NCBI GenBank assembly: GCA_024232675.1
Contig: JAAEPL010000182.1
Coordinates: 19,214-83,213 of the forward strand
Reading direction: 5' to 3'
Origin: Planctomycetaceae bacterium
Lineage (GTDB): Bacteria; Planctomycetota; Planctomycetia; Pirellulales; Pirellulaceae
DNA length: 64,000 nt
In this document: positions 54,648-64,000 of the stretch, piece by piece
Layout of the letters: every line of letters begins with the position of its first letter
Numbering within the stretch: position 1 is the first letter of the stretch
The notes under the pieces: model-generated
Databases searched by the model: none
The model's input: the letters and a program-made list of their open reading frames with translations, nothing else
Told to the model about the DNA's origin: nothing
Translations under genes and position numbers: made by a program

Positions 54648-57047
54648 GTGGCAAACAAAAATAATTTCTCCTTCATCATTTTCATGACACTGGGCTTTGT
54701 TGGCTTGGTGATCGTGCAAACCTATTTTTTCAAACCTAAGCTGCCCGACGCGAGTGTCGAAAATACGGCGAAGCAGACCAAGCCCGTCGATGGTGCGGAC
54801 AAAGCGGAAGGAAAGGAAGTCGCTACTGAGCCCCAAGAGCCGGCGGAAGTCCGCCCCGATTTGGAACGCGAATTCTTGACCCTCGGTTCATTTGATCCCG
54901 ATGGTAATTCATTGGTGATCACCTTGGATACACGTGGCGCGACGCTGCGGCGGGTGGAATTGAATGAACGCAATGCCAACGGTGAGTATAAATACTCCGA
55001 CGTCGACTACCGAAATGCCTGGATTGGCCAACTGGAATTGGAAGAGCAGGAAGATGGATTAAAAGTCGGTCTGGTGATTCCCGGTACGCCCGCAGCCGAG
55101 GCCGGCCTTGCGGCCGGCGACGTCATCCAGAGGGTCAATGAAGAAACCGTGATGGTACCCGCCGAAGCGGTTGAAGTGAGTGAAACGGAAACCGAACCGC
55201 AAGCTCCCGCGACTCGGTTACAAAGATTTGAACGCACCTTGGCTGGATTGCCGCCGGGGGCTCCTGTTGATTTGAAGGTGCGACGCGGCGAGGAAGAATT
55301 GACATTGACGTCGGAAACGACGCTTATGCCAATGCAGGTTGTCCGCCCGACTGATCCCGAGTTGTTGACGGACCGTGAACTCAAACGGCGTGGTTTTCAA
55401 TTCACACTCAAGAAAAAGCAGCCTGGAGAATGGCTCGATCTCGATGCTGAAATGCGGTCGAGAAATTGGCAAAGTCAAATAAAGCAAATTGATGGTCGGG
55501 AAGTCGCCGAGTTCACTTACGACCTACCCAAAGACAGCGAGGGCCGCAAATTTCAGGCCGTCAAACGATTTAGCCTGTCTACCGATCCTGAGCGCCCTTA
55601 CCACATCGATTTCGAAACTGAGATACGCAATCTCGGAGATGAAAAAACGACCGTCTATTACGAATTATGCGGCCCCACTGGGACGCCTAATGAGGGGTGG
55701 TGGTACCAGCAGAAAATTCATGGGGGTACATGGGCGATTGGTAAAGCGGCAGGTGCCCGTGATATTACCATGGGTTCAGAAGGGCATCCCTTTAAGTTTA
55801 TCTCGGGACCACAGATTGTTTCAGACAAAGAGGACCCAGAAAATCGTGGAACGGTCCTCGTGGATCCGAGTTTCGCTACCGATCAACGACGCTTGAAATT
55901 TCTTGGCGTGGACACACTCTATTTTAATGCGGCTTTGCTACCCAAGACGCCCGATTATGAATGCTTCAGCGCTTTCGGTTTAACAGCTTCTAAGCTGACG
56001 GAAAATAAAAGCGAACGTCGGCGATTGACCGATGTTACCTACGTCCTCTACTCCAATGGAATCGAGTTGGATCCATGGGATGAGGAAGATCCCGATACGG
56101 CTTACACCGAGTCATGGGAGATCTTCGTAGGACCGAAAGAGCCCGCTTTGTTGGAAAGCTACGGTTTGTCAGATACTCGGACATTTGGCTGGTTCGCCGC
56201 GTTTTCAAAACCCTTGATCACTCTGTTGCATTGGCTTTACACGCTAACTTTCAGCTGGAGCTATGGCCTGGCGATCGTGTTGTTGACAGTCATCGTGCGT
56301 ATTTGCATGATTCCGATCAGTCGCAAGGCAGCCTTGAATGCTCAAATGATGCAATATCTCGCGCCTCAAATGAAAGAGTTGCAAGAGAAGCACAAGGATG
56401 ATCCGAAAAAGTTCTTCAAAGCTCGATCCGAACTCTGCAGTCGGCATAATTACAAACCGCTGGGCGGTTGTTTATTGATGTTCGTGCAATTGCCTATTTT
56501 CCTCGGGCTTTATCGAGGGCTATCGGTGGATATCGAACTTCGAAATGCACCACTGATTCCGGGTTTGGATTGGGCCACCAACTTGGGCGGGCCGGACAGA
56601 TTATTCGAGTGGGCCAACTGGCCATTCATGCCTGCCTTTATCGGTGGGGAAACTGGTTTTCTGGGGCCGTATTTTAACCTGTTGCCCGTGATCGCGATTG
56701 TGCTGATGTTCATGCAGCAAAAATTGTTCATGCCACCTCCCACGGATGACCAATCCGCGATGGCCCAAAAGATGATGAAGTTCATGATGATTTTCATCGG
56801 ATTTGTCTTCTTTAAGGTCGCCGCTGGACTTTGCGTGTATTTTATTACCTCCAGTATTTGGGGTATTGTCGAACGCAAGATGTTACCCAAACCGGAATTG
56901 GATACTTCGCGTTTCGATGCCGACGGCAATGAAAAAAATCCCGGGAACGGCAAACCGACCGAATCCCTTCCCTTGCGGAATGAGCAGCAACTGGAAGATC
57001 GAAAACGTCGCGACAAGGAACGTAAACGCAAGCTACGCCAGCGTTAA
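54648..57047 (+). CDS. yidC: membrane protein insertase YidC (long form)
   Basis: An N-terminal TM segment and a large periplasmic region precede the conserved core, which includes ISRKAALNAQMMQYLAPQMKELQEKHKDDP and MMKFMMIFIGFVFFKVAAGLCVYFITSSIWGIVE. The C-terminus is basic. The start at 54648 is GTG, and mnmE follows 3 nt after the stop. Confidence 0.9.
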   Translation: MANKNNFSFIIFMTLGFVGLVIVQTYFFKPKLPDASVENTAKQTKPVDGADKAEGKEVATEPQEPAEVRPDLEREFLTLGSFDPDGNSLVITLDTRGATLRRVELNERNANGEYKYSDVDYRNAWIGQLELEEQEDGLKVGLVIPGTPAAEAGLAAGDVIQRVNEETVMVPAEAVEVSETETEPQAPATRLQRFERTLAGLPPGAPVDLKVRRGEEELTLTSETTLMPMQVVRPTDPELLTDRELKRRGFQFTLKKKQPGEWLDLDAEMRSRNWQSQIKQIDGREVAEFTYDLPKDSEGRKFQAVKRFSLSTDPERPYHIDFETEIRNLGDEKTTVYYELCGPTGTPNEGWWYQQKIHGGTWAIGKAAGARDITMGSEGHPFKFISGPQIVSDKEDPENRGTVLVDPSFATDQRRLKFLGVDTLYFNAALLPKTPDYECFSAFGLTASKLTENKSERRRLTDVTYVLYSNGIELDPWDEEDPDTAYTESWEIFVGPKEPALLESYGLSDTRTFGWFAAFSKPLITLLHWLYTLTFSWSYGLAIVLLTVIVRICMIPISRKAALNAQMMQYLAPQMKELQEKHKDDPKKFFKARSELCSRHNYKPLGGCLLMFVQLPIFLGLYRGLSVDIELRNAPLIPGLDWATNLGGPDRLFEWANWPFMPAFIGGETGFLGPYFNLLPVIAIVLMFMQQKLFMPPPTDDQSAMAQKMMKFMMIFIGFVFFKVAAGLCVYFITSSIWGIVERKMLPKPELDTSRFDADGNEKNPGNGKPTESLPLRNEQQLEDRKRRDKERKRKLRQR

Positions 57048-57050
57048 CTC

Positions 57051-58430
57051 ATGCCCAGTTTTGATGTGCAAGACTCGATCGCTGCCATCGCCAGTCCGCC
57101 TGGGCCGGCGGTGCGTGGTGTTATCCGAATGAGTGGCCCCGAAATTCGCAGCGCTCTGCAGGCCTGTTTTTACGGAGCGTTGCCCGACGAATCGGCTAAA
57201 CGATCGTCAGTGACTTCTGGTTGGATCGACGTCGAAGAACCGCTGGGGCGAGTCGCGGGTGATCTGTTTTATTGGCCAGGCACTGCCAGTTACACTCGCC
57301 AGCGTTCCGCCGAGTTTCATTGTTCAGGCTCACTGCCTGTTTTGGCAGAAGTCATGCGGACGCTGGGCCAGTTTGGGATCCGGCAAGCCGCTCCTGGTGA
57401 GTTTACCATGCGTGCTTTCTTGGCTGGCAGGATCGATTTAACACGCGCTGAGGCAGTGCTGGGAGTTATCGATTCGCAAAGTGAACGAGAAATGGAAGTC
57501 GCTTTGCGGCAGTTGGCCGGCGGTCTGAGTGGGCCGGTGAGCGACTTGCAAGATGGTTTACTGGAAGTCTTGGCGGAAATCGAGGCGGGGTTAGATTTCG
57601 TAGAGGATGATATTGAATTCATTTCCCAAGATGCGATCTTGCAGGCGCTCGGGAAATCGCAAACGACTATTCAAATGATTCTGCAACAGATAGACCAACG
57701 GCAAATTAGTCAGCAGATTCCCCAGGTTGTGCTTTGGGGCCGCCCCAACGCAGGGAAAAGCTGCTTGCAAAATGCTTTTGCGGGTAATGCAAAAGCAATC
57801 GTTTCCGACGTCGCCGGCACGACGCGAGATTACTTAACCGCAACAACGACGATCGATGGAATGGAGTTGCAGTTAATTGATACCGCCGGCACCCTGCAAA
57901 GTACGGATCAGAGAGTTTCTCCCATTCAAATGTTGGCCGAAGACCAAACGGAATCGGTGACTGCTGCTGCGGATCTGACAATTCTCTGTGTGGACGGAAG
58001 TCGAAATCTCGACGCCTGGGAGCAGCAACAAATTGACGAGATGGCAGGCATGGAGGTCCCTACGCTGTTAGTCCAAACAAAATCAGACTTGCCTCAGCAG
58101 TGGCAGCACCCAGTGGCTATTTCAATCAGCAGTGAAACGGGTCGGGGCCTTGAGGCACTAGGGAAAGCGATCGTGGGACAACTTCGAGAGGCCCGTTCCA
58201 CCGCCTCTAATGAAATGGTGGCTTCGACCGCGCATCGTTGCTTTGAAAGTTTGGAAACAGCGGGTCAAGAACTGCAGTTGGCGTGTCAGTATTGTCAGGC
58301 GGGTCAGGGAGATGAGATCGTTGCCTCTGTTTTGCGAGTCGTGCTGGACCATCTCTCTGCGGTGACCGGTAAGGTGTTTACGGACGATATTTTGGATCGT
58401 GTCTTTTCGCGCTTCTGCATTGGTAAATAA
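57051..58430 (+). CDS. mnmE: tRNA modification GTPase MnmE
   Basis: The G1 motif is GRPNAGKSCLQNA and the G3 motif is IDTAG. The C-terminus is the hallmark FCIGK. Confidence 0.95.
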   Translation: MPSFDVQDSIAAIASPPGPAVRGVIRMSGPEIRSALQACFYGALPDESAKRSSVTSGWIDVEEPLGRVAGDLFYWPGTASYTRQRSAEFHCSGSLPVLAEVMRTLGQFGIRQAAPGEFTMRAFLAGRIDLTRAEAVLGVIDSQSEREMEVALRQLAGGLSGPVSDLQDGLLEVLAEIEAGLDFVEDDIEFISQDAILQALGKSQTTIQMILQQIDQRQISQQIPQVVLWGRPNAGKSCLQNAFAGNAKAIVSDVAGTTRDYLTATTTIDGMELQLIDTAGTLQSTDQRVSPIQMLAEDQTESVTAAADLTILCVDGSRNLDAWEQQQIDEMAGMEVPTLLVQTKSDLPQQWQHPVAISISSETGRGLEALGKAIVGQLREARSTASNEMVASTAHRCFESLETAGQELQLACQYCQAGQGDEIVASVLRVVLDHLSAVTGKVFTDDILDRVFSRFCIGK

Positions 58431-58590
58431 TGGGTGCGAATTATCACCTTTTCCGGTTAGGAGGTTTGCATGGAATCTTTTTCGGAATAGTCTTGAAATC
58501 TATGGGGACGCACTCTTTGGGCTTTATTGACGTTGCCCACAAGCTATTCACCTGAACCCCGTTGATTGATTCATAATTACATTTTCCGAT

Positions 58591-60054
58591 ATGACCGGGA
58601 ACCATAATATGTGTGCAAGTAACTCTACTCTTTTCCAGCTACGCGTTTCGCCAAAACGATGGACAGGATGGATGTTTTTTCTGGCAGTTGCGGCGAGTTG
58701 GCAAACAGCAGAAGCTCAACAAGTCGGTGATTTGGTTGTGGTCACAGTCGAATATGACACCAAGATCAAGAGCGAAGTCGTAGGAAAGATTTACGCAGGT
58801 ACGGTACATCGTGTGATCGATGTGCGTGGTAAGTGGTGTGCGGTACAGGATGTCCCAGGGTGGTTGCCAAAGCGGTTTTGTTTAACAACTAAATCGGCTT
58901 TAGCGCAATACGGCAAAAGAATCAGGGAGAATCAGCGGGACGTGGAAGCGTTGGTGACTCGGAGCATGATTTATTTGGAGCAAGGCAATCTTCAAAAAGC
59001 GTTTCAGGATATGAACGAGTCGCTAAAGATTGATCCGAAACGTGCGAGCTCTTGGAACAATCGCGGCTTGATCTACATGCAACTCAATCAAATTGATTTG
59101 GCGATGAAGGATATTGATTACGCCCTGAAATTGGCGCCCCAGTATGCAAATGCTCGCAACAATCGCGGCATGTGTGCTTACGCCTTAGGAAATTTCACTC
59201 AGGCAATCAACGATTACGACGAAGCCATAAAATTAAATTCCGAGTACCCCATATTTTACGTTAATCGAGGAGTCGCTTACCTGGCATCCGGGAATTCCCA
59301 GAAAGCGTTGCTGGACTTCGATGCAGCCATTGATATTCGCCCCAATATTCCAGAGGCATTCATTGGGCGGAGCAATGCATTTTTAAGTGTGCGAGATTTA
59401 GACAAGGCAGAGGAAAATGCCTCGCAAGCCATTGGATTGGATCCCCGCTCGCCGGAGGGATTTAACAATCGCGGTTGGATCAGATATCAGGCGAAAAAAT
59501 TAGTGGAAGCGGAAAAGGATTTTAGAAAAGCGATTTCGCTAAACCCAGATTTCTCCAAAGCGTTCAGTAATTACGGAGTGATGTTGACGGAGTTGGGACG
59601 TCCGGCAGAGGCCTTAGAGAATTTAGATAGAGCGGTCGAGTTGGATCAAGGATCACCGCTCGTGCACAGTAACCGGGGAAATGCCTGGTTGGCGATAGGT
59701 GAATATGAAAAAGCGAAATTAGACTTTGAAAAAGCGATCGAATTAGCACCAGAGAATGCGGAGGCCTTAAACAGCCAAGCGTGGTTTTTGGCGACCTGCC
59801 CGCGACCAGAGTTTCGCAACGGAGAGACGGCGGTAGGCTTGGCGACGCAAGCCAATGAAGCTGCAGGTATGAAAAATTGGAGTTATTTGGATACTTTGGC
59901 CGCTGCCTATGCAGAGACGGAAGATTTTGAGAAAGCGCTGGAGTTGCAGGCTAAGGCTATTCAATTAGCACCTGCGGACAAACAGGATATTTGTCAGCAA
60001 CGATTGGCTACCTACCAAGCAGGCAAACCCGTGCGGACGGATACGGGCAGGTAA
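58591..60054 (+). CDS. secreted TPR-repeat protein with N-terminal SH3-like segment
   Basis: A leader and VGDLVVVTVEYDTKIKSEVVGKIYAGTVHRVIDVRGKWCAVQ precede about 10 TPR units, with recurring patterns such as A..D...AL.L.P....A..NRG. Confidence 0.85.
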   Translation: MTGNHNMCASNSTLFQLRVSPKRWTGWMFFLAVAASWQTAEAQQVGDLVVVTVEYDTKIKSEVVGKIYAGTVHRVIDVRGKWCAVQDVPGWLPKRFCLTTKSALAQYGKRIRENQRDVEALVTRSMIYLEQGNLQKAFQDMNESLKIDPKRASSWNNRGLIYMQLNQIDLAMKDIDYALKLAPQYANARNNRGMCAYALGNFTQAINDYDEAIKLNSEYPIFYVNRGVAYLASGNSQKALLDFDAAIDIRPNIPEAFIGRSNAFLSVRDLDKAEENASQAIGLDPRSPEGFNNRGWIRYQAKKLVEAEKDFRKAISLNPDFSKAFSNYGVMLTELGRPAEALENLDRAVELDQGSPLVHSNRGNAWLAIGEYEKAKLDFEKAIELAPENAEALNSQAWFLATCPRPEFRNGETAVGLATQANEAAGMKNWSYLDTLAAAYAETEDFEKALELQAKAIQLAPADKQDICQQRLATYQAGKPVRTDTGR

Positions 60055-60135
60055 AGCCGACAACGTTTTTTCGCAGTGAGCACTTCTGGAATACTATTTC
60101 GACGGTAACTTCCGTTCCGCTCTCAATAGCTCAAC

Positions 60136-60963
60136 TCAGGGGTTGGTTTCCGTTGAAGGATCCTTGAACTGGAATCGTTTGTTTTGCGCGAAGAAAGTGA
60201 GTGGATTGTCAAAAACCACTTTTCGGATGTCCGCTTCACGATGTCCACGTTTCCGCATCTCAATAATCAGATCGGGGACTGCCGTTGGTTTGCTAGGCCC
60301 CCAATCACCAGCAGAATTTACACACAATCGATCTGTGCCATGTATTTCAATCATATCAGCGGCGCGTTGGGGAGTGCATTTGGTAACGGGGTACATGGTC
60401 ATCCCTGCCCAAAACCCGGCATCAAGTACATGCTTAATAGTGTGCTCTTCGACATGGTCTACCAAGACCCGTTCCGGCTGAATACGTTTGTCGTTTTGCA
60501 GCATGTCGAGAATCATCCGCGTGCCCTTTAATTTATCTTCCAGATGAGGCGTGTGAATCAGAATCAGCTCCTCTAACTTAATGGCCAATTCCAGGTGTTC
60601 AACGAATACTGTTGCTTCATTTTTCGTGTTCTTATTAAGTCCAATTTCACCAATCCCCAAGACATTTGGGCAATTAATGAACTCGGGAATCATAGCGATC
60701 ACCTCTCGCGATAGCTCAACGTTTTCTGCTTCCTTGGCGTTAATGCACAGCCAGGTGTAATGCTGGATGCCGAACTGTGCTGCTCGGGCTGGTTCCACCT
60801 CGGTGAGTTGCCGAAAGTAATCGCGAAAGCCATCCACGCTGCAGCGGTCAAAACCTGCCCAGAACGCGGGTTCGCTCATTGCCACACAGCCCATGCGGGC
60901 GAGGGTTTCGTAATCATCGGTGGTACGTGAGACCATATGGATGTGTGGGTCGACGTAATACAT
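60136..60963 (-). CDS. TatD-related metal-dependent hydrolase (COG1099-like TIM barrel)
   Basis: The N-terminus is MYYVDPHIHMVSRT (HxH motif). Additional His/Asp ligand positions are present (IHTPH, VDHVEE). Confidence 0.75.
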   Translation of the reverse strand: MYYVDPHIHMVSRTTDDYETLARMGCVAMSEPAFWAGFDRCSVDGFRDYFRQLTEVEPARAAQFGIQHYTWLCINAKEAENVELSREVIAMIPEFINCPNVLGIGEIGLNKNTKNEATVFVEHLELAIKLEELILIHTPHLEDKLKGTRMILDMLQNDKRIQPERVLVDHVEEHTIKHVLDAGFWAGMTMYPVTKCTPQRAADMIEIHGTDRLCVNSAGDWGPSKPTAVPDLIIEMRKRGHREADIRKVVFDNPLTFFAQNKRFQFKDPSTETNP

Positions 60964-61037
60964 AGAGGTTTACTACCGCTTAATCTTTGAATTTGGGTAC
61001 CTGAGAAACGATCCGCGGCTAACGGCTTCGCTGTCAA

Positions 61038-61289
61038 TTATTTGTTGATTCCAAAACGCTCGCGCCATTGCGAGTCATAGTCGATGGAAAAGAGTTCCTG
61101 AACTCGCTTGGCTTTGTCTTGAGCGGAGTCAGAAAGAATTTGGAGTCCTGCTTCGATTTTCAGCATGCGTTCGTCGCGCTGGCCCTCCGCTCGCTCCATG
61201 CGGTCAAAAGAGGCTGCGATTTCCAATACCTTAGCGCGTAGCTCCAGATATTCTCGATCAATCACTTCGGATACTGTTCGGTGGGGCAT
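61038..61289 (-). CDS. small helical hypothetical protein (83 aa)
   Basis: This ATG-initiated ORF has charged heptad-like sequence (LELRAKVLEIAASFDRMERAEGQRDERMLKIEAGLQIL). It is on the same strand as its neighbours, separated by 74-nt and 103-nt gaps. Confidence 0.5.
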   Translation of the reverse strand: MPHRTVSEVIDREYLELRAKVLEIAASFDRMERAEGQRDERMLKIEAGLQILSDSAQDKAKRVQELFSIDYDSQWRERFGINK

Positions 61290-61392
61290 AGCAGAATGGG
61301 GGAGAATGGTAGCGGAGCCGGGCGAGTAAAAGACGCTCTAATATGACATCGGCTGCGGCGGCTGCCAAGGTAATTTTTTGAGCTCGGAAATC

Positions 61393-61659
61393 TTAAGTTT
61401 GGCAGGGATTCTTACCTGTTGCCAAATCGCAAAGATGACAAAAAGGGCATTCCTTAGGATTGTCCGGAATATCTTCCGGCTCGTCATCGGATCGGTAAGC
61501 GATCGTCTGACGCAAGCCGCAATCCAGGCACTTGAGTTCCCACGAGTCGATTTTCAGATCGTCGGCCGCAAAATAATTGTATTTGCATACCAGATTACAC
61601 TTCTCTTTCGCAGGACCTTGGGGGCATTTGCCATCAGCAGGCTTTGCGGGACGATTCAT
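61393..61659 (-). CDS. small Cys-rich zinc-ribbon protein (about 88 aa)
   Basis: Nine Cys are present, including KCLDCG...ECPFCHLC (CxxC...CxxC). I prefer ATG 61659, with TTG 61680 as an alternative. Confidence 0.5.
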   Translation of the reverse strand: MNRPAKPADGKCPQGPAKEKCNLVCKYNYFAADDLKIDSWELKCLDCGLRQTIAYRSDDEPEDIPDNPKECPFCHLCDLATGKNPCQT

Positions 61660-61799
61660 GTTGAGTCTCGGGGTTATCAATCGCGATATAGGCTATTAGA
61701 CTTTGGATTCATATTAACGGAACCGCCGCGGAGTTCCGAGACCTGCGACGCGTGACACGTTTTGGTGAGTGCCTCTTATATTTGCGACAGGAGCAGCTA

Positions 61800-63269
61800 A
61801 TGTCTGCCGTTGCCATAAGTTTTGTTGTGTATACCGTGGCAATCGGGCTGTTGGGGATCTACAGCGCGAAATTTTCCCAGCCAACGGACTCGGACTTCTT
61901 ACTGGCAGACCGTGGACTGGGGCCATGGGTGGCCGGTCTTTCAGCGGCGGCTTCTGCTGAAAGCGGCTGGGTGACGCTCGGATTAGTCGGCACAGCATAT
62001 AAAACAGGCATCGGAACGTTCTGGTTGGTGCCGGCTACGGGACTGGCCTTTCTCTTTAATTGGTTTGTGCTTGGGCCAAAATTGCGACGGGCTTCGGTCG
62101 ATCAAAACTCATTAACGGTTGTCGATGTGATCGCCAGTCGCTATCAACCAAAATGGGCTCTGTGGATTCGCTTTATGGGAATCGCGATCGTTCTTGCGAT
62201 GTTGACCGCCTATGTTGCAGCGCAACTGAACAGCGCCGGGAAGACTTTTACCGGCACCTTCGATTGGAGCTATTCATCGGGGGTTTTGGTGGGCACCGGG
62301 ATCATTCTCCTGTACACCCTGATTGGCGGGTTTCGCGCGGTTTCATGGACTGATGTTGTGCAGGCGATCTTCATGATCGCGGCGGTCACGTTGATCCCTT
62401 TTCTGTTGATCAACCGGATTGGTGGATGGAGCATTTTTTGGGAAAAGCTATCGGCCTTGGAAGATGCCAATGTGATGACTAGCATTTTCGCAGATAAATC
62501 GGGTTGGGCATTGCTCGGATTCATGGCGTTGTGGTTGGGCATCCCATTAGGCAACTCCGGCCAACCCCATAGCTTGATCCGATTGATGGCCGCCAAAGAT
62601 GACCAAACGGTTCGTCGCGGTGGATTAATTTGTACGGTTTGGGTCATGGTGTTATTCAGCGGGGCCATACTTACGGGGATAGCTGCCAAGGTCTATTTCG
62701 GTGCTATGGACGACCCCGAGAACACCATGATGAAAATTGCCACCGATGGTGAGTTAATTCATGGATTGCTAGGAGGATTGTTCGTAGCAGCAATCCTGGC
62801 TGCCATCTGCTCAACGGCGGATTCTCAATTGCTCGTATCATCCTCAGCGGTCAGTCACGACTTTCTGGAGAGGGTCATGGGAGTCAAGTTAAGCCTCAAA
62901 GCGCGCATGGTGGTGGAGCGGGTTGCCTTGGTATTGGTGGCCGTCGTCGCCGCTGCCATTGCGATGGGGGATGTACGGTCCGTCTTCGATTTTGTCTTAG
63001 CCTATGGTTGGGCTGGGTTAGGTGCTGGGCTGGGACCCGCTTTGATCATGACACTGTTGTGGCGTCGTACGACGGGACCCGCCGTCTTGGTGGGGATGAT
63101 TTTCGGGGTCACGGTCGCCGTGATTTGGCGACAATTTCCGGAATTGAATCAGCTCGTTTACAACTTGGTGCCGGCGTTTTTTGGCTCGCTGGTTGTCATT
63201 GTCGTCATTAGTTTGTTGGCACCAAATTCCGATGACGCGCCTCCCAATGGCGTGTCCGAATCGGAATAA
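61800..63269 (+). CDS. sodium:solute symporter (SSS family, PutP-like)
   Basis: The protein has about 13 TM segments and the SSS-like motif GLSAAASAESGWVTLGLVGTAY. ATG 61800 is preceded by AGGAG with a 6-nt spacing. Confidence 0.83.
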   Translation: MSAVAISFVVYTVAIGLLGIYSAKFSQPTDSDFLLADRGLGPWVAGLSAAASAESGWVTLGLVGTAYKTGIGTFWLVPATGLAFLFNWFVLGPKLRRASVDQNSLTVVDVIASRYQPKWALWIRFMGIAIVLAMLTAYVAAQLNSAGKTFTGTFDWSYSSGVLVGTGIILLYTLIGGFRAVSWTDVVQAIFMIAAVTLIPFLLINRIGGWSIFWEKLSALEDANVMTSIFADKSGWALLGFMALWLGIPLGNSGQPHSLIRLMAAKDDQTVRRGGLICTVWVMVLFSGAILTGIAAKVYFGAMDDPENTMMKIATDGELIHGLLGGLFVAAILAAICSTADSQLLVSSSAVSHDFLERVMGVKLSLKARMVVERVALVLVAVVAAAIAMGDVRSVFDFVLAYGWAGLGAGLGPALIMTLLWRRTTGPAVLVGMIFGVTVAVIWRQFPELNQLVYNLVPAFFGSLVVIVVISLLAPNSDDAPPNGVSESE

Positions 63270-63409
63270 ATGAATGCTGATTTCGCGAAAGCGGCCCGCT
63301 CATCAGGGTGTGTCGTCTGGCCCGGAATAATATGAGACACGGTAATCGGATTCAGAGTTGGGGTGGAGCCCGTTATTCCTTTCGGGGTGCGCCCGGTAGT
63401 CGCTGGGCT

Positions 63410-63616
63410 CTATTCCCGCTTGAACCCAATGACCAATTCGACGGTCAACCAGCAAAATGCGTTGAAAACCGCTGCCGCAGCAAAGGCTAAAAGAAATAGC
63501 TCCCCCAACATTTCCATCCGTTTTGGCTCGGGCACAACGAGCAAGAGACAGAAGATGCCGGCGCTGAAAATCGAGACAAATAACCAGACTAAAAATCGGT
63601 AGCGCAGTCTTGGCAT
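63410..63616 (-). CDS. possible small two-TM membrane protein
   Basis: MPRLRYRFLVWLFVSIFSAGIFCLLLVV...LFLLAFAAAAVFNAFCWLTV contains two hydrophobic helices. The longer ORF-track version (up to 63814) adds only low-complexity S/T/N/K sequence. Confidence 0.3.
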   Translation of the reverse strand: MPRLRYRFLVWLFVSIFSAGIFCLLLVVPEPKRMEMLGELFLLAFAAAAVFNAFCWLTVELVIGFKRE

Positions 63617-64000
63617 GGAGCTGCGATCAAACGTTTTTTGTGGCTTGTTCAAGGTGGTTTGGCTTTGCGAATGAAGGGGTGGATTTAATTCAGTCGAGCT
63701 ATGAGTTCGTCGGCTTGAAGTACACTTATTAGAGGACAAATTGGTTTTAGTGGGCGATTTGTTTTGTGTGTTAGGTTGGCGATGACGCTCTCCTGTGTTT
63801 CGCAAGACCGTCAAAGTGCTGGCTCATTGGGAGGTGGCGTAACCGAACTAAATGCAGCGTCTCGTGCCGGCAAATTTTGCAGCTGATATCATCCGAGATT
63901 TATTTCGTTCGTTTATGCCCGCTTTTATGCAATTAACGTCAGTTGCTCGTGGCAAACACTCGTTTCATTGACTCCGTCGGGCGAAATCGTTTCAGTGGGT

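Noticed and set aside
54449-54664. A 71-aa ORF just upstream of yidC, considered as yidD or rnpA.
   Set aside because: The translation lacks the YidD Cys motif and the RnpA basic RNR motif. It overlaps the yidC start and contains a GC hairpin that fits better as a terminator of the upstream genes.
54287-57047. A possible replication-origin neighbourhood, because yidC-mnmE usually lie near rpmH-rnpA-dnaA.
   Set aside because: No rpmH, rnpA, yidD, jag or dnaA gene is present. I found no cluster of TTATCCACA-like DnaA boxes or an AT-rich unwinding element in the 360-nt upstream region.
63815-64000. A possible gene fragment at the right window edge.
   Set aside because: On the minus strand only about 24 codons are open before a TAA. 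On the plus strand about 20-38 codons are open, with only GTG or TTG starts. That is too short to support any call.

Overview
This 64-kb window looks like ordinary chromosomal core genome from a Planctomycetota-type bacterium at roughly 50% GC. The taxonomic call is an inference from gene content: a secreted FGly-type sulfatase, a giant FG-GAP/ASPIC-UnbV protein, a VIT-vWA protein, an SHD1-like module, an unusually long YidC, and many secreted or lipoprotein orphans. I can support about 50 protein-coding genes plus one RNase P RNA (rnpB). I recognised no rRNA, tRNA, CRISPR array, transposase, integrase or phage gene. Housekeeping genes that are clear from the translations are mutS, guaB, xseA-xseB-ispA-dxs, nadK, sodA, tsaD, tsaB, yidC-mnmE and nnrE. 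Three nucleotide second-messenger enzymes are present: a CYTH/class IV cyclase-like protein, a DAC-domain protein and a PAS-GGDEF protein. There is also an orphan BY-type tyrosine kinase. I do not see a convincing multi-gene defence or mobile system. The leads most worth a second look are: (1) a HEAT-repeat lipoprotein translationally coupled to a CdaZ/DacZ-like diadenylate cyclase with a variant RHR motif; (2) a PDZ-like module inserted in the periplasmic domain of YidC; (3) an HTTM (vitamin-K carboxylase-like) membrane protein wedged between tsaD and tsaB; (4) tandem paralogous metallophosphoesterases; (5) a 920-aa secreted orphan next to a double-module CRTAC1-like protein; (6) a polytopic membrane protein with a histone-H1-like basic tail; (7) two short perfect tandem DNA repeats in intergenic DNA. 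All functional calls rest on motif recognition by eye. No database search was run.
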